Notes under the pieces: generated by a model | The model's database searches: none | Seen by the model: the letters and a program-made list of their open reading frames with translations, nothing else | What the model was told of the DNA's origin: nothing | Translations under genes and position numbers: made by a program | Origin: Phoronis australis | Taxonomy: Eukaryota; Animalia; Phoronida | Reading direction: 5' to 3' | Assembly: GCA_002633005.1 (NCBI GenBank) | Contig: NMRA01000085.1 | Span: 62,001 to 126,000, forward strand | Length of the DNA: 64,000 nucleotides | Shown: piece after piece, positions 26,501 through 38,535 of the stretch | Layout of the letters: the number at the start of each line of letters is the position of its first letter | Position numbering within the stretch: position 1 is the stretch's first letter

Positions 26501-28614
26501 AAGTTCTCAGCCATATGATTCCTCACCATAACCACAGGAAGTCTCCGCCTAAAAAAACGAGATCAGGAGTTCCATCATGAAGATAAACGAATTATCAACT
26601 GCGCAAAATGCTCTCAACAAGATGATTGAATCTGGGTATGTGATTGGTCAATGCAAACACTAGCCACACCTAATAACTTCAAAATGCCGTGGACTGCTCC
26701 ATACATTTTGTCATATCCCCCATAAAGAGCAACGTTAACGTCAGTTTGTTTACTTTACCGATTTCTCTTCCGCAGCAGTTGGTCACACAGTGGTTTCTGA
26801 ACGCTTGTTTCATTTTACTGATTATGACAGTGTTCAAAAGCAGAGTCTGACTAAAATATAGTCAATCAAGTTAAAAAGATTGTTTTCAGGCCATGATCTT
26901 TATTCTATTAACTGTCCTGCTTAACAGAATTTTCTTAAAACAGAGGTCGTGGGATCAAAAATGTCGTCGTGTTGATGAAGCCATGAAAATTTTTAAAGTA
27001 ATATCGCATGATTTCACCAGCAAGCAATACAGCTTCAAGCTGTATCTCATATTCTGAAAGATCAGACAATCAGACATACTAATACAGCAACCAATCTCTT
27101 AGGGACTAGGCAGTGCCGTACACTCAGTAAAGCCATAAATTTAGAGACACACAATCTGGTACAGTACAAAACGTACTGAAATTCTTATACTTTAATGTCG
27201 TTTCAAGCTAGCCAACAGATTTGACCATTGGAACACGATCATATCAAAAGTACTGAACAGAATGAGACTGTGTGGTCATGTGGTACCACACATCATTTTA
27301 TCATTTGTGCAATGCACAGAAACAGTAAGTGTTCGCAAATCACAAAAGTGGCAGAGTGCGGGAACGGGCGCAAGGCGCATACGCTCACTGTCATTCATCA
27401 TTCACACACGTATTAAGGAGAGCATGGGCCCCACCCGCTTATGTGCAGCGCTGAGGAGCCATTGGAAAAAAACGACGTGACAAAGAGACAGCAACTTTAT
27501 GCCACTGCGCTTTTTTGTTCGAACGGTGCTGACTGACCACAGACCTTCGTTGCATTTTGTGTTTCGTTTCCACTGCCAAATTCTGCATCAGTTTTGGTGA
27601 CCTCAGATTTACTTTGGTGACCTCATATTTCCTTTGGCGACCTCAGATTTTAGCCAGGTCGCCAAACGTGACTAGGCATTCAGTTAAGCATAGAGCGATG
27701 TAACCATGAATCTATAAACCACGATTGTTATGGTGGCACGTTCTCAGAAACTCAAATATTCAAATGATAATATATATAATCTGGTAATTATCCGAACACA
27801 GAAATTTTTAAAAATAATTGCTGTAGGGAGATAGCAAAGTATCATGCAGAAAATGTGGAATATTTTTGCTTCAGTTTCGGGATATTCAAATAATAACACC
27901 TTTGTAAAAACATGGAATTTGTCATCTACATTTCCGTGAACTTTCAAGACAGATTTGGCCTGATTATATTTTTCATAGCCTATAAAAAATCAGGAACAAA
28001 GAACATACTGAGTTGAAAATATTCTTTGAATTGCACTGGTCATCATCACTTTTTTTATTAAGTCCGAGAGCAACCAAAATTTCACCAGTCATTCACTGAC
28101 CCAAAAACCCCGTTATTGCAATGGTTTTAGTAATCACATAAATTTACACAACCAAAGTAAAATAAAAACGGGTCTCTAATCCAATGTTTCCAAACAGCAT
28201 AAGTTACTACAGAAGTATCCTGTTGTAGGCAAGTGTTAACATTAATAAGTTACGCCACTTTTGGTAACTGGCATAAACTTTGGGAGAGAACGCCGCTGAA
28301 ACCGGAATCCCGTTACAATAACATCTTGGCAGTGATAAAACAGGGAGCCCATACTGTGCTGCCACCTACCTGCAAAATGACGTTGCACAAACTTGATCAG
28401 CCAGTGCTAGACTCTTCTTTGTAGGAATGAGCCCCATAGCATGTCTGAAAGTAGAAAACATAGTATACACAAAATAAACAGCTTATCCTGCACACTGCCA
28501 TTGCTACTGCCTTCAAATTTGCTACTACCTACTACAACTTATACGGGAAAATTAGAAATTAACATTTCAATTGTTATACGCACCCATGCATACACATATA
28601 TACAGATGTGTGTT

Positions 28615-28645
<31 letters not shown>

Positions 28646-31600
28646 GTGCGTGCGTGCGTGCATATATCTATATAAAGATAAAATAAAATGTTCACCTTCA
28701 TGAAGTTATTTCATGTTTATTCAAATAACTTTCTAACCCATTAAAGTGGCATTAAGCTAGTGCTTTCCTTCAAAATACAAGTTTTTTATTTAGGCCACTA
28801 ATTGTCATAAATTTGACGCGATCAGAACTTTAATGAGCTTGGTCTGCAGATTTAGCAAGCTGCCAGTTCCTTCCAAGAACAGAAATGAAACCTATTTTGA
28901 TTAAGAAACAATTTGAGAACACTTTCAAAACCCTAAATCAATACTTGTTTTTTGATAGAAAGCATTAGTTTAATGCAATTTTGATACAATTTCTGTATCT
29001 GCAAAAAAATCTAAATTCATGTAAAAACATTACACATTAATTTTCTTGGTTTTGTCACCTAACTGACATTTTTTTGTGGAAAGTGGCAAAAGTCACTTAA
29101 ATAAATCCCTTGTTCTAGTTTATCAGGTTATTAAGTAAACGTGATCTTGCGGAAAGGATAAAATGTATTAAATAATTTTTAGAAAATGCATTTTGTAGAA
29201 TGCTAATTATTAATTTAGCATAAAATAAAGGTACATTGATAGCAGAACAGAAGTATCAATAACATGGACAAATTTTATTTCAATGCTTTTCCATGAAAAT
29301 CATAACGCCCTTTTTTGTTAGCCTCTCATGCAAAAGTGAAGAATTTAAAAACAGTTCCTAATGGTGTTTTTAGAGAATAGTGCACAAAGCATAACATCCG
29401 AAAGTTTCATTTAAATACGGTGAGCCAATTATAAGATATAACATTGCGAATTTAGCTAAATTTGAATATTTTTTATGGTCATGTGGCCGATTGCATGAAA
29501 CAGTCCCAAATAGGGACTCAACTAAGTTTGCTAAATCTACTGCATATTCGTGGATTTATGAAAACACCGACTGCTCATTCTTATGCTGTTTTAGTTTCAT
29601 TACTAAGTCGATTTATGGCTTTGATACAAATTGAAAGTGAACTCGACATTGAATTCTCAACATTATCGAAAATGCATAGTGATCTTTTCATGCACCACTC
29701 CCAACTTAAGGACTAAGTCCCTGTTTATTTTCATTAAATTCAGGGCTCACTGTTTAGTTATATTATTAGAAAATGTCTTTAGTCGAAGAGGAGATCATAA
29801 TACAGATGAAATGATAAAAAAAGATTAAATCCGTGAGTAAACAAAGACGCAAATAGGCAAAATATTTAGGGAACTTAGTTGAGACCCTATTTGGGACTGT
29901 ATTCCACAGCTGGGCACTGACAAATTGCCAGACATCTTACACATAAGCATTTACTAAGTACTCTCCAATACAGGTCAAGTCAATATTGTAAAAATGTTTG
30001 ACAATTCAGTACAGTCTTACCTAGGTGCTTAAATCTACTTTTTGTGACATCCATACCACGATGGGATGCCCAAGACATTTTACGACAAGACTACGACATC
30101 TACACCTCAAGGTATGTTGTGGAAGTCACTTCATACACAATCAAACAGCTTTCCCACGCCTATGTCACAAAAACTTTGATTTCACCAATTTTTAAAGAAT
30201 GCTGCACATGGCATACCTAATGCTGAGAACACTGTGATGTTCAAGTTGTTAACCAACAGCCTGCGGACTTCTACTCAGGAAACATTTATTTGTTAGTGGC
30301 TTGATGAGTCAAGTTCTTTTTTCCATGACCAAAAAATTATGTCTACTACCAATAGGCCACGTGTAGAGGAAATCAAGATTCCTGGGAAAAATTTGGGTAA
30401 AACAGATGGTCTGGACATCCAAGCAAAACAAGTGTCCGGTGATGGGTTCACCTGCCACTCACTTTAAAAATGGTCCACAGGTGGCACTACGCCACACTTC
30501 CTTGCTGAAATGGTCGCGAAAACCATGTTGAAAATTTGGTAATGAAAGAAAATTTATCTCCAAGATAAATTGGTGACCTCTGCAATCACTGGGTACAGTA
30601 AAAATTTTCCAATTTAGAACAGTGAAAATTTAATTATTTTGCTCAAGGTCTGAGCTTGTCCCAAATATTGGCTGTCCCAAATTCAAGAATCACCAGTAAT
30701 ACGGAAAAGTTACCCCAATCTGTATAGTTGAAAATACTCCTATCAAGGTTTGAGAAATATGATAAACACGGAAATCATCTTTGTCCCAAATTCCAGAGTC
30801 AAGAAAATTCAATTTTCTGAGAGTTTCCGAGTCCCAAATTCTAGAGACTGTCCCAAATTGGAGAACTTTTACCGTACACAGTAAACGTTTACAAAAAGAT
30901 GACACTTCCCAGAACCCTCGTGTCAGCACATCAGGTGTTGCCTTTCCAACAAATAACTGGACTCTGTGAACTGAGTGGGATAATTCAAAGTTGGTTTCTG
31001 AAATATGCGCACAATGCCTTTACACGAAGTGTACCCCCTACCCCGTCAAATTTCTACTTTACTGTACTTTACTGGTAACATGAGCCACTCTTGAAAACCT
31101 AAAATGTATATCATGCTTCCCACGACAAACAGAACTGTTGCTCAAGGCAGCTTTGTGTACGGAGCTAAAGAATGGGCCAATTTATCTTGACATAGGTTTT
31201 GAGGGAGGAAAATGCTTGCGCTCAACCATTACCAAGAGGGCTTCTTACCAGCAGGTGGGCACACAGCTGTGTGCAGGCAAAATTCCTCAAGTGAAATTTC
31301 ATTATGTAAAATTTCTCAAGGAAAATAAATTTCCACCCAAAGTAGATCAGTCAAACAGCTGCTGTTGGTCATGCTCCTCTCAATAGAAACACATCTACCA
31401 ACTTTCATGATTCATGGTGACTATGGAGGTGGATATCAAAAACACAAACTTAATAAAGAAACAGTGACTAGGGGGCACAGAATAGATCAAACCTGTCTAA
31501 AACTGGGCAGCTACATACCATCATTTCCTTCACAGAAAATTGTTGGCCAAATTTCATGAAGCTCAATCAGGGAACTTTGTGTAGATAATGAGGCATAACC

Positions 31601-34600
31601 TAAATTGTCTTGAGGAATGTCATAATTGACTGAAATCAACACCAGCCATCCCTGTTCTTATAAGGAACATACCAACTAAATTTCATGAAGATACATCAAG
31701 GAGCTTGGTAGGTATTGATACAGAGACAAACATATTACCACTGTCCACTGTTTTGTATCCTAAATTGGTCGTACTTTACCATATGTTAAAAAAGTGCTAT
31801 CAAGTCCACACCAAGGTACATCTCCACTTCACAGGCCTGTTTCATTAAACATTTTCTGTTTTAACTTACCCGGTAGATTGAAATCAGGCCAACTTAAGAC
31901 CAAAATGTCTTAGCCCCATTTCATGAAATTTCTTAAGACCAAAAATAAGACCCGGAAATCGGTTTAAGCTAACACAAATTTTTTGGGCCTAATTAAGTCT
32001 TAAGTAAGTTTACTAGTACATGAAAGGATCCCTTGGGGATGCTCAACAACAGCCATTTCATTAAGGTTAATTTAAAAGAAATTAATCACTGGGGAGGCTC
32101 ACTAAATTCCTAAAACTCAAAGATTTCTGTCAATCACTACTGCATCTTAATTTTGGCACACTGCTGTTAACCCTATAATGGCACAGGTTTTAATGACATC
32201 AAAGGACCAGCCTGACCAGGGACCTCAGCTGCTGGTGTGGATATCAGCCTAAATTGATGATTCAATTGAGAGCCCAGCTGATAATCATTAATACTCCCTA
32301 GACAAAGTTTCCATTGGACCTAGACTCATGTAAGAGTGCACTGAAACAAAAACATGCCAAAGCTGTACCCAGTCCTGGTTTCATGCAAATACCCATATTC
32401 CGATATAGCACCAACCATAAAAACTCGTATCATACAAAAGTTTTACGTATGTTATGGGTGAAAGGGTGACTTGTATGGATGTTTCCTACAAAATAAAGAG
32501 GTGGGGGTTATCGTGCCGATTCTCTAAAAGGTCGAGTGACCCAATTTTCAGCAGCAAAAACAGATGAGCTCATCTCGAGTTACTAAGCATATCTAAACAC
32601 AGAAGCAAAGTACGAAAAATCTTGGCAAGAGTTCTAAAACTTAACCACGACCGAAGGATGTGCATGCACTGTTAAATTTGAATTATCACAATAAAATTGT
32701 GCTGTTGTCGGCAAACGCGTTCAAATTTGAACACTACGTATAACTCGTCCCGCATTTTCACCTTTATTTCACAAACGTACGGTGTCACATTTATTGCATC
32801 ATAAGACTCAGAAAAACAATTAGTCAACATTGATGTCAAAAGCGTGTCAACAAATAAGCAGAAAAGTCCATCTAATGAAAAGCATCTTATATCGTGATTG
32901 ACGATGACGATGTTACATTGAGGTCAAATTGTAGTCCTCTTATGACCCGACATAAAGTATTGGTAAGATTACAGTTTAACCATAGATATATAGCAAAAGG
33001 CAATGACAGTTGTAGGTGTTAGCCCCACGTGATTGCTTAGACACAATAAAATTAAAAGCGAAAAAGGACAAAAAACTAACACGGCCCGTAGGTCCTCCAA
33101 ATTGACGCATAGTCTTGAAGCTATGAGGGTCAATTCAGCCATACCCACGTTTTTCTAAAATGATCCCTGAAAAGGCCATTGGTAATTCGACCACTTCAAA
33201 TTTACCATAGCAGCACTCAATATTTAGGGATGAGTGGTCAACAAGGGGAATTGCTGACTCCAAAATATGAGTTTATAACTTCATAAGCTGCCCAAATCCT
33301 AATAATTAATTACACCAGCACTCGACAACTGTCATTAACACATCGACCAGTAATATGCGAAAAAGTAACAATACAGAAGACAGTATAGTCCATAACAAAT
33401 ATATGGGAAGATGGTAACCAGGATGACCCATGTTCCCAGTGAGCCTAGCAGCTAACGTAAATGAGCAAGTCTCTCATTAACACCAGCTCTAATTTTCTAA
33501 CCACAAATACATCTGCCAATTTTCATGATTCTTTGAGCGGTTTAGCCTATAGCTTTCAAGGGTATGTCAAAAAGGCTTCAGGCAATACAGCAAAAACAAA
33601 CGCAAGCAACATGTGAATGCACACACATACGTGGGTGCATAAAAACATTATTCAATGTTGTTCTGTTTAAATACTTGACGGAATAAAACTCAACTTGTCT
33701 GCCATTCTGTGTCCAAAACTGTAGAATTTTTACTACTTTTCTGAATCTTGTTTCAAACTTACAACTTCTCCAGCAGCTGGGTTGACGCCTCTATTCTGAA
33801 GGGGTCTTTGACATCAAGGTCTTTTATTTTTCGAGCTATTTCTCTGATGTGTCTGGACAACTTGTTATATCTAAAATGTACAGAAGGTAAACATAGTAGA
33901 TGGTGTTAATAGTTACCAAAAAATTCAGAAGGTATGTCAAACCAGACATCTGACAAACAGGCATGACTTTCATAATGTATCTTTCTTGCCAAAAATTACA
34001 TTTGCACTTCCAGTTCAGTCAAGCTTTTATCAGACGCTAGTAACATGTTGTTGTCCGGAATTGTATAGAATTAGTGATCAATAACTTTCTACACAAACAT
34101 GACTTCAGGCAAAGAACAAAATAACTGCAAATGTTGGAATTGCTTTATTGCCATGGAAACAGTTTGAAAAATCATCATCCTATACTAAAACTATTAACAG
34201 GAGTAGGCAGAATTCAAGGACATTGCAAAAATATTTTAAAATTTAAAAATTTTAAAAGGAGAGTGACTGACACCTTTTAAAAGTTCTAAAAGATCAGATT
34301 TAACCCTTATCCTGCTAAGCCTCTATTCAGACAACTTTCCCTGTGTGCTGAGCTAAGTAGGTCACCACTGCTGCTATGCACTGGGCTGTTATGAAGGTCA
34401 CTCAGATTAATGACCTAACATTTTTAAATTGGAAATTTGAAGGGGTAATGTCAATTTCACATAAAAGTAGTCTGCACAAAAGTTGTTCAAAATTTAATGG
34501 AGTTTTTCACCATATACATATCTTTACCATCGTCTTGCTGTGAATAATTCTATTAACTTTCAAACTGGAACCCTTTGTTTTTATCTGTTTTCGCACATGA

Positions 34601-37600
34601 CACTCAAAAACCGTAATAAGCATTTTTAAAAGGGAATTCATGGGATTTGCATGTTTAACAAAGCAGATTTATTGTTTGTAACATCACATCTACAAACAAG
34701 AATGTACAGTATATAACATAGGGCCTACCTCAACNNNNNNNNNNNNNNNNNNNNGAGGTCAAATTGTAGTCCTCTTATGACCCGACATAAAGTATTGGTA
34801 AGATTACAGTTTAACCCTAGATATATAGCAAAAGGCAATGACAGTTGTAGGTGTTAGCCCCACGTGATTGCTTAGACACAATAAAATTAAAAGCGAAAAA
34901 GGACAAAAAACTAACACGGCCCGTAGGTCCTCCAAATTGACGCATAGTCTTGAAGCTATGAGGGTCAATTCAGCCATACCCACGTTTTTCTAAAATGATC
35001 CCTGAAAAGGCCATTGGTAATTCGTCCACTTCAAATTTACCATAGCAGCACTCAATATTTAGGGATGAGTGGTCAACAAGGGGAATTGCTGACTCCAAAA
35101 TATGAGTTTATAACTTCATAAGCTGTCCAAATCCTAACAATTAATTACACCAGCACTCGACAACTGTCATTAACACATCGACCAGTAATATGCGAAAAAG
35201 TAACAATACAGAAGACAGTATAGTCCATAACAAATATATGGGAAGATGGTAACCAGGATGACCCACGTTCCCAGTGAGCCTAGCAGCTAACGTAAATGAG
35301 CAAGTCTCTCATTAACACCAGCTCTAATTTTCTAACCACAAATACATCTGCCAATTTTCATGATTCTTTGAGCGGTTTAGCCAATAGCTTTCAAGGGCAT
35401 GTCAAAAAGGCTTCAGGCAATACAGCAAAAACAAACGCAAGCAACATGTGAATACACACACATACGTGGGTGCATAAAAACATTCTTCAATGTTGTTCTG
35501 TTTAAATACTTGACGGAATAAAACTCAACTTGTATGCTATTCTGTGTCCAAAACTGTAGAATTTTTACTACTTTTTTGAATCTTGTTTCAAACTTACAAC
35601 TTCTCCAGCAGCTGGGTTGACGCCTCTATTCTGAAGGGGTCTTTGACATCAAGGTCTTTTATTTTTCGAGCTATTTCTCTGATGTGTCTGGACAACTTGT
35701 TATATCTAAAATGTGCAGAAGGTAAACATAGTAGATGGTGTTAATAGTTACCAAAAATTCAGAAGGTATGTCAAACCAGACATCTGAAAAACAGGCATGA
35801 CTTTCATAATGTATCTTTCTTGCCAAAAATTACATTTGCACTTCCAGTTCAGTCAAGCTTTTATCAAACGCTAATAACATGTTGTTGTCTGGAAATGTAT
35901 AGAATTAGTGATCAATATCTTTCTACACAAACATGACTTCAGGCAAAGAACAAAATAACTGCAAATGTTGGAATTGCTTTATTTCCATGGAAACAGTTTG
36001 AAAAATCATCATCCTATATTAAAGCTATGAACAGGAGTTGGCAGAATTTAAGGACATAGCAAAAATATTTTAAAATTTAAAAATTTTAAAAGGAGAGTGA
36101 CTGAAACCTTTTAAAAGATCTAAATGATCAGATTTAAAGGGATTAAAACCCTTTGAAATGTGACTTGAGTTCATGGATAGTTTAGAGGCCCTGATTTTTT
36201 GTTTTCAAAACAGTGAAAACTGTCTTAGCAAACCTGAAGTTACTTTTTTTTACATTAGCAACTTCTGTTTTACTATTTCAAAGTCTGTGATAAATGTCAT
36301 GGAAATGACCTGGGTTGTCAATAACTTGCTCCATGAATTGTTTATTGTTTCTCAAAAAAGGAAAAAGAACAGAGCTGCCACCTTCAAAAAGAAATGAATA
36401 ACGTCTTGAACATGCCCACTAGAAAACAATCAATCGATTTGTGACCAGAACCATAGAATTTGATGGTTCGAATTCTAAATTTAAAAAAACGAGAATTAGA
36501 ATTACAGTATATCTGGGCACAGTGCGACCTCAGATTTTGTTTAAGAACGATACGGATAAAATCCCATGTTGCCATGTTTATACTACTCATGCCAGGTGAC
36601 ATGTCATTATATCCCCCATGCGAGCAATGTAAAAATGGCCAGTTGCCGATATGAACAACTGAACAAGGGACTGTTTGAAACGAACTTTGATTGCTGTTTG
36701 CGGAAGTATTTGTTTGATCTGGAAAGTCAGACATCAATGGCCTCCTAAGGTGTCCCTCTATGCACAAAAGGTGCTTATAGTTACATGATTTAATCAGTGC
36801 GAGATAAAATTCCCAGAAAAGCTTCCGGCAAATGATGGCCCTATGGGATGGCCAAGGTCTCTACTGCCAGTATTCTACCGTAGTACTAGGCCAGTTGAGA
36901 CAGTGGTGATGCTGTGCGTGAACTTGGAATCCTGATTAATTTCAAGATCGCATAATCAATGCGTGAACTTGGAACAGAATATTCATTAAGGCAATCAGGT
37001 GAAGTTTTGTGTACATTGAAAAGAATTTTTGCAGTTATTGGCCTCATGATCACCGTTTTTCTCCTTTATTGGTACTTGTGTCGCAGAATCAGCGGAATAT
37101 GTAAACGGATAATCAGTTTTTTTGGTGGTGAATAACATAGCTAATAGTTGAAAGAGGTTGGATAAAATTTACATTGTTCTATTGAACAAATTACTTGCAT
37201 TACTGCAGTACAATCAAGTGTAACCATGAACATGATTATCTGAGTGAACTTTCCAAGTTTCATGGTGTATTCCAAGAGATTGAGCAGGATTCCAAGTTCA
37301 CACAGCAATACTGTCTACTGCTAGGGGCACAAACAGGGTAAAAATGACCGGTTGCTGATCTGGACAACTGAACAAATGACTGCTCGAAAAAAGTTTCATG
37401 ATGGGACGGTCAAGTATTTGTTGTAGTTGCAAGGAAGTGAAAACATCGACGGCCTCTAAAGGTGTCTCTTTCTGTGCAAAGGGTATTTATAGCAATGTGA
37501 CTTTGATGTTTTAATCAGTGTGAGGCATAATAAGCTTTTGACGTATGAAGCGCCAATAGGAGCATCACCGTCTCTACTGCAGTACTGGGCCCAGTCAAGA

Positions 37601-38535
37601 CGGTGGATGAGTGAGTGTGAATCCGTAATGATCGTCCCCAATAAACTGACTCTCAGGACTAGAAATTCCACGGGTGCTTCGATTCAGCCGTCCATATCAA
37701 AGACATAACTCAATAAATGTACACAAAACAGGGGTTCAACAAACCATGAGCAATTGTTCTTTCTTATCATACCATTCACGGTGTCCTGCTCCGGCAAGTT
37801 CGCAAAAAATTCGCAGTCAAAGCACAAACATGTTCCCAAAAAGCCCACACATACCTTGAACTTTAACGGTTCAAGGTCATCGACAGTACGGATATTACCG
37901 ATGAGTTACGGTTAAGTGTATAGTTATCGACATCGTGACTTTACACGACAAACCGGCAATTTCCGTACTGTCCTTGACCTCGAACCATCAAAGTGTGAGG
38001 TATGTGTGGGCTTTTGGGGAACATTCTTGTGCTTTGACTGCGAATTTCTTGTGTAGTAATAGCCGAGATCACCCGACCCGGGGATCGAACCCGCGACCCC
38101 CATAAAACCGGCAAGCGTGCTAACAATTCAGCTAATAGTAATACTAGGCAATTGCTCGTTAGCGAGTAGCTAACAGAGGCTCATATAATTCACCGGAAGC
38201 ACATCTACAACACTTGCGAACTTGCACCCGTGGAATTTCCAGTTCCGAGTGTCATACCTAGTAGCATTATACGTAATGTATTGGGGACGATCAGAACTAC
38301 AGAAGCTGAGCCTGAGGACCCCTGCCTCTGCCCTGGCCGCCTGGCTGTGTGTAATGGCAGAAATGAGAATCAGTCAAGAAAGCTCACAATCGTCATACTT
38401 TGTGTAATCTTCTCGTTTCTGTATGTAGTACTTCTTCATCACTTTTACTTCGTGCAAATTGTTGTCTACCTCCCATGATATAAAGTCGACTTTTTTCAAC
38501 AATTTCTTCTCGTGAAACTTGAGTTTGCGAACCAT
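23522..38535 (-). CDS. IMP3: U3 small nucleolar ribonucleoprotein IMP3 (S4 family), complete, 183 aa, 6 exons
   Basis: Exons (minus) 38535-38399, 35705-35598 (identical copy at 33870-33763), 28444-28370, 26548-26469, 24754-24630 and 23548-23522; total 552 nt. Protein [18 protein letters not shown]...REDYTKYNKL...DPFR...LLEKL..MGLIPT...[49 protein letters not shown]...RDDFD is the canonical IMP3 sequence. Confidence 0.97.
24364..24450. mobile_element. 87-bp MITE, 5-bp TSD AAAAC (hAT5-like)
   Basis: TIRs CAGGGGCAGAT / ATCCGCCACAG. AAAAC at 24359-24363 and 24451-24455. Confidence 0.75.
24755..26468 (-). other. U12-type (minor spliceosome) GT-AG intron, IMP3 intron 4
   Basis: 5' splice site GTATCCTTTT (26468-26459). 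Branch site TCCTTGAC (24773-24766), with the branch A 12 nt from the terminal G of the acceptor. No polypyrimidine tract. Confidence 0.93.
27594..27665. repeat. 21-bp tandem repeat x3 (TTTGGTGACCTCAGATTT..) plus one inverted motif; probable DNA-transposon subterminal region
   Basis: Units read directly; AGGTCGCCAAA follows in inverted orientation. Confidence 0.6.
28607..28660. repeat. (TG)n/(TGCG)n microsatellite
   Basis: Read directly from the sequence. Confidence 0.95.
29485..29915. mobile_element. MITE with ~50-bp terminal inverted repeats
   Basis: CAGTCCCAAATAGGGACTCAACTAAGTTTGCTAAAT near the left end pairs with ATTTAGGGAACTTAGTTGAGACCCTATTTGGGACTG near the right end. Exact termini uncertain. 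Confidence 0.7.
30596..30874. mobile_element. Tc1/mariner-pogo type MITE, TA TSD
   Basis: TA|CAGTAAAAATTTTCCAATTTAGAACAG ... CTGTCCCAAATTGGAGAACTTTTACCG|TA, with an internal GTCCCAAAT motif repeated five times. Confidence 0.75.
32920..36137. repeat. ~1.38-kb tandem duplication across an N gap (32920-34303 vs 34755-36137), includes IMP3 exon 2; likely uncollapsed haplotypes
   Basis: Offset 1835 nt with scattered substitutions (roughly 2% by eye). The second copy starts exactly at the end of the 20-N gap (34735-34754). Confidence 0.85.
34304..34734. mobile_element. Terminus of a piggyBac-like insertion truncated by an assembly gap
   Basis: Starts TTAA|CCCTT exactly where copy 1 of the duplication diverges from copy 2, which reads TTAA|AGGGATT. 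Confidence 0.55.
36892..37320. mobile_element. MITE with ~35-bp terminal inverted repeats
   Basis: CAGTTGAGACAGT..TGCTGTGCGTGAACTTGGAATCCTG pairs with CAGGATTCCAAGTTCACACAGCAATACTGTCTACTG. Flanks are CTAGGC and CTAGGG. Confidence 0.65.
37803..38050. mobile_element. Fold-back (palindromic) element with ~90-bp arms
   Basis: AAATTCGCAGTCAAAGCACAA..TGTTCCCAAAAAGCCCACACATACCT..GACAGTACGGA and its reverse complement ending GACTGCGAATTT. Confidence 0.8.
38069..38134 (-). pseudogene. tRNA-derived SINE head or tRNA pseudogene fragment
   Basis: Minus strand TAGCTGAATTGTTAGCACGCTTGCCGGTTTTATGGGGGTCGCGGGTTCGATCCCCGGTCGGG: A-box-like start and intact B box GGTTCGATCC; acceptor and anticodon stems are broken. 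Confidence 0.55.

Noticed and set aside
27990-28049. Possible C/D box snoRNA on the minus strand in IMP3 intron 3 (GTGATGA...CTGA)
   Set aside because: Only 60 nt, the terminal stem is just A/T runs, and no recognisable rRNA-complementary guide was seen. An Infernal/snoscan search would be needed.
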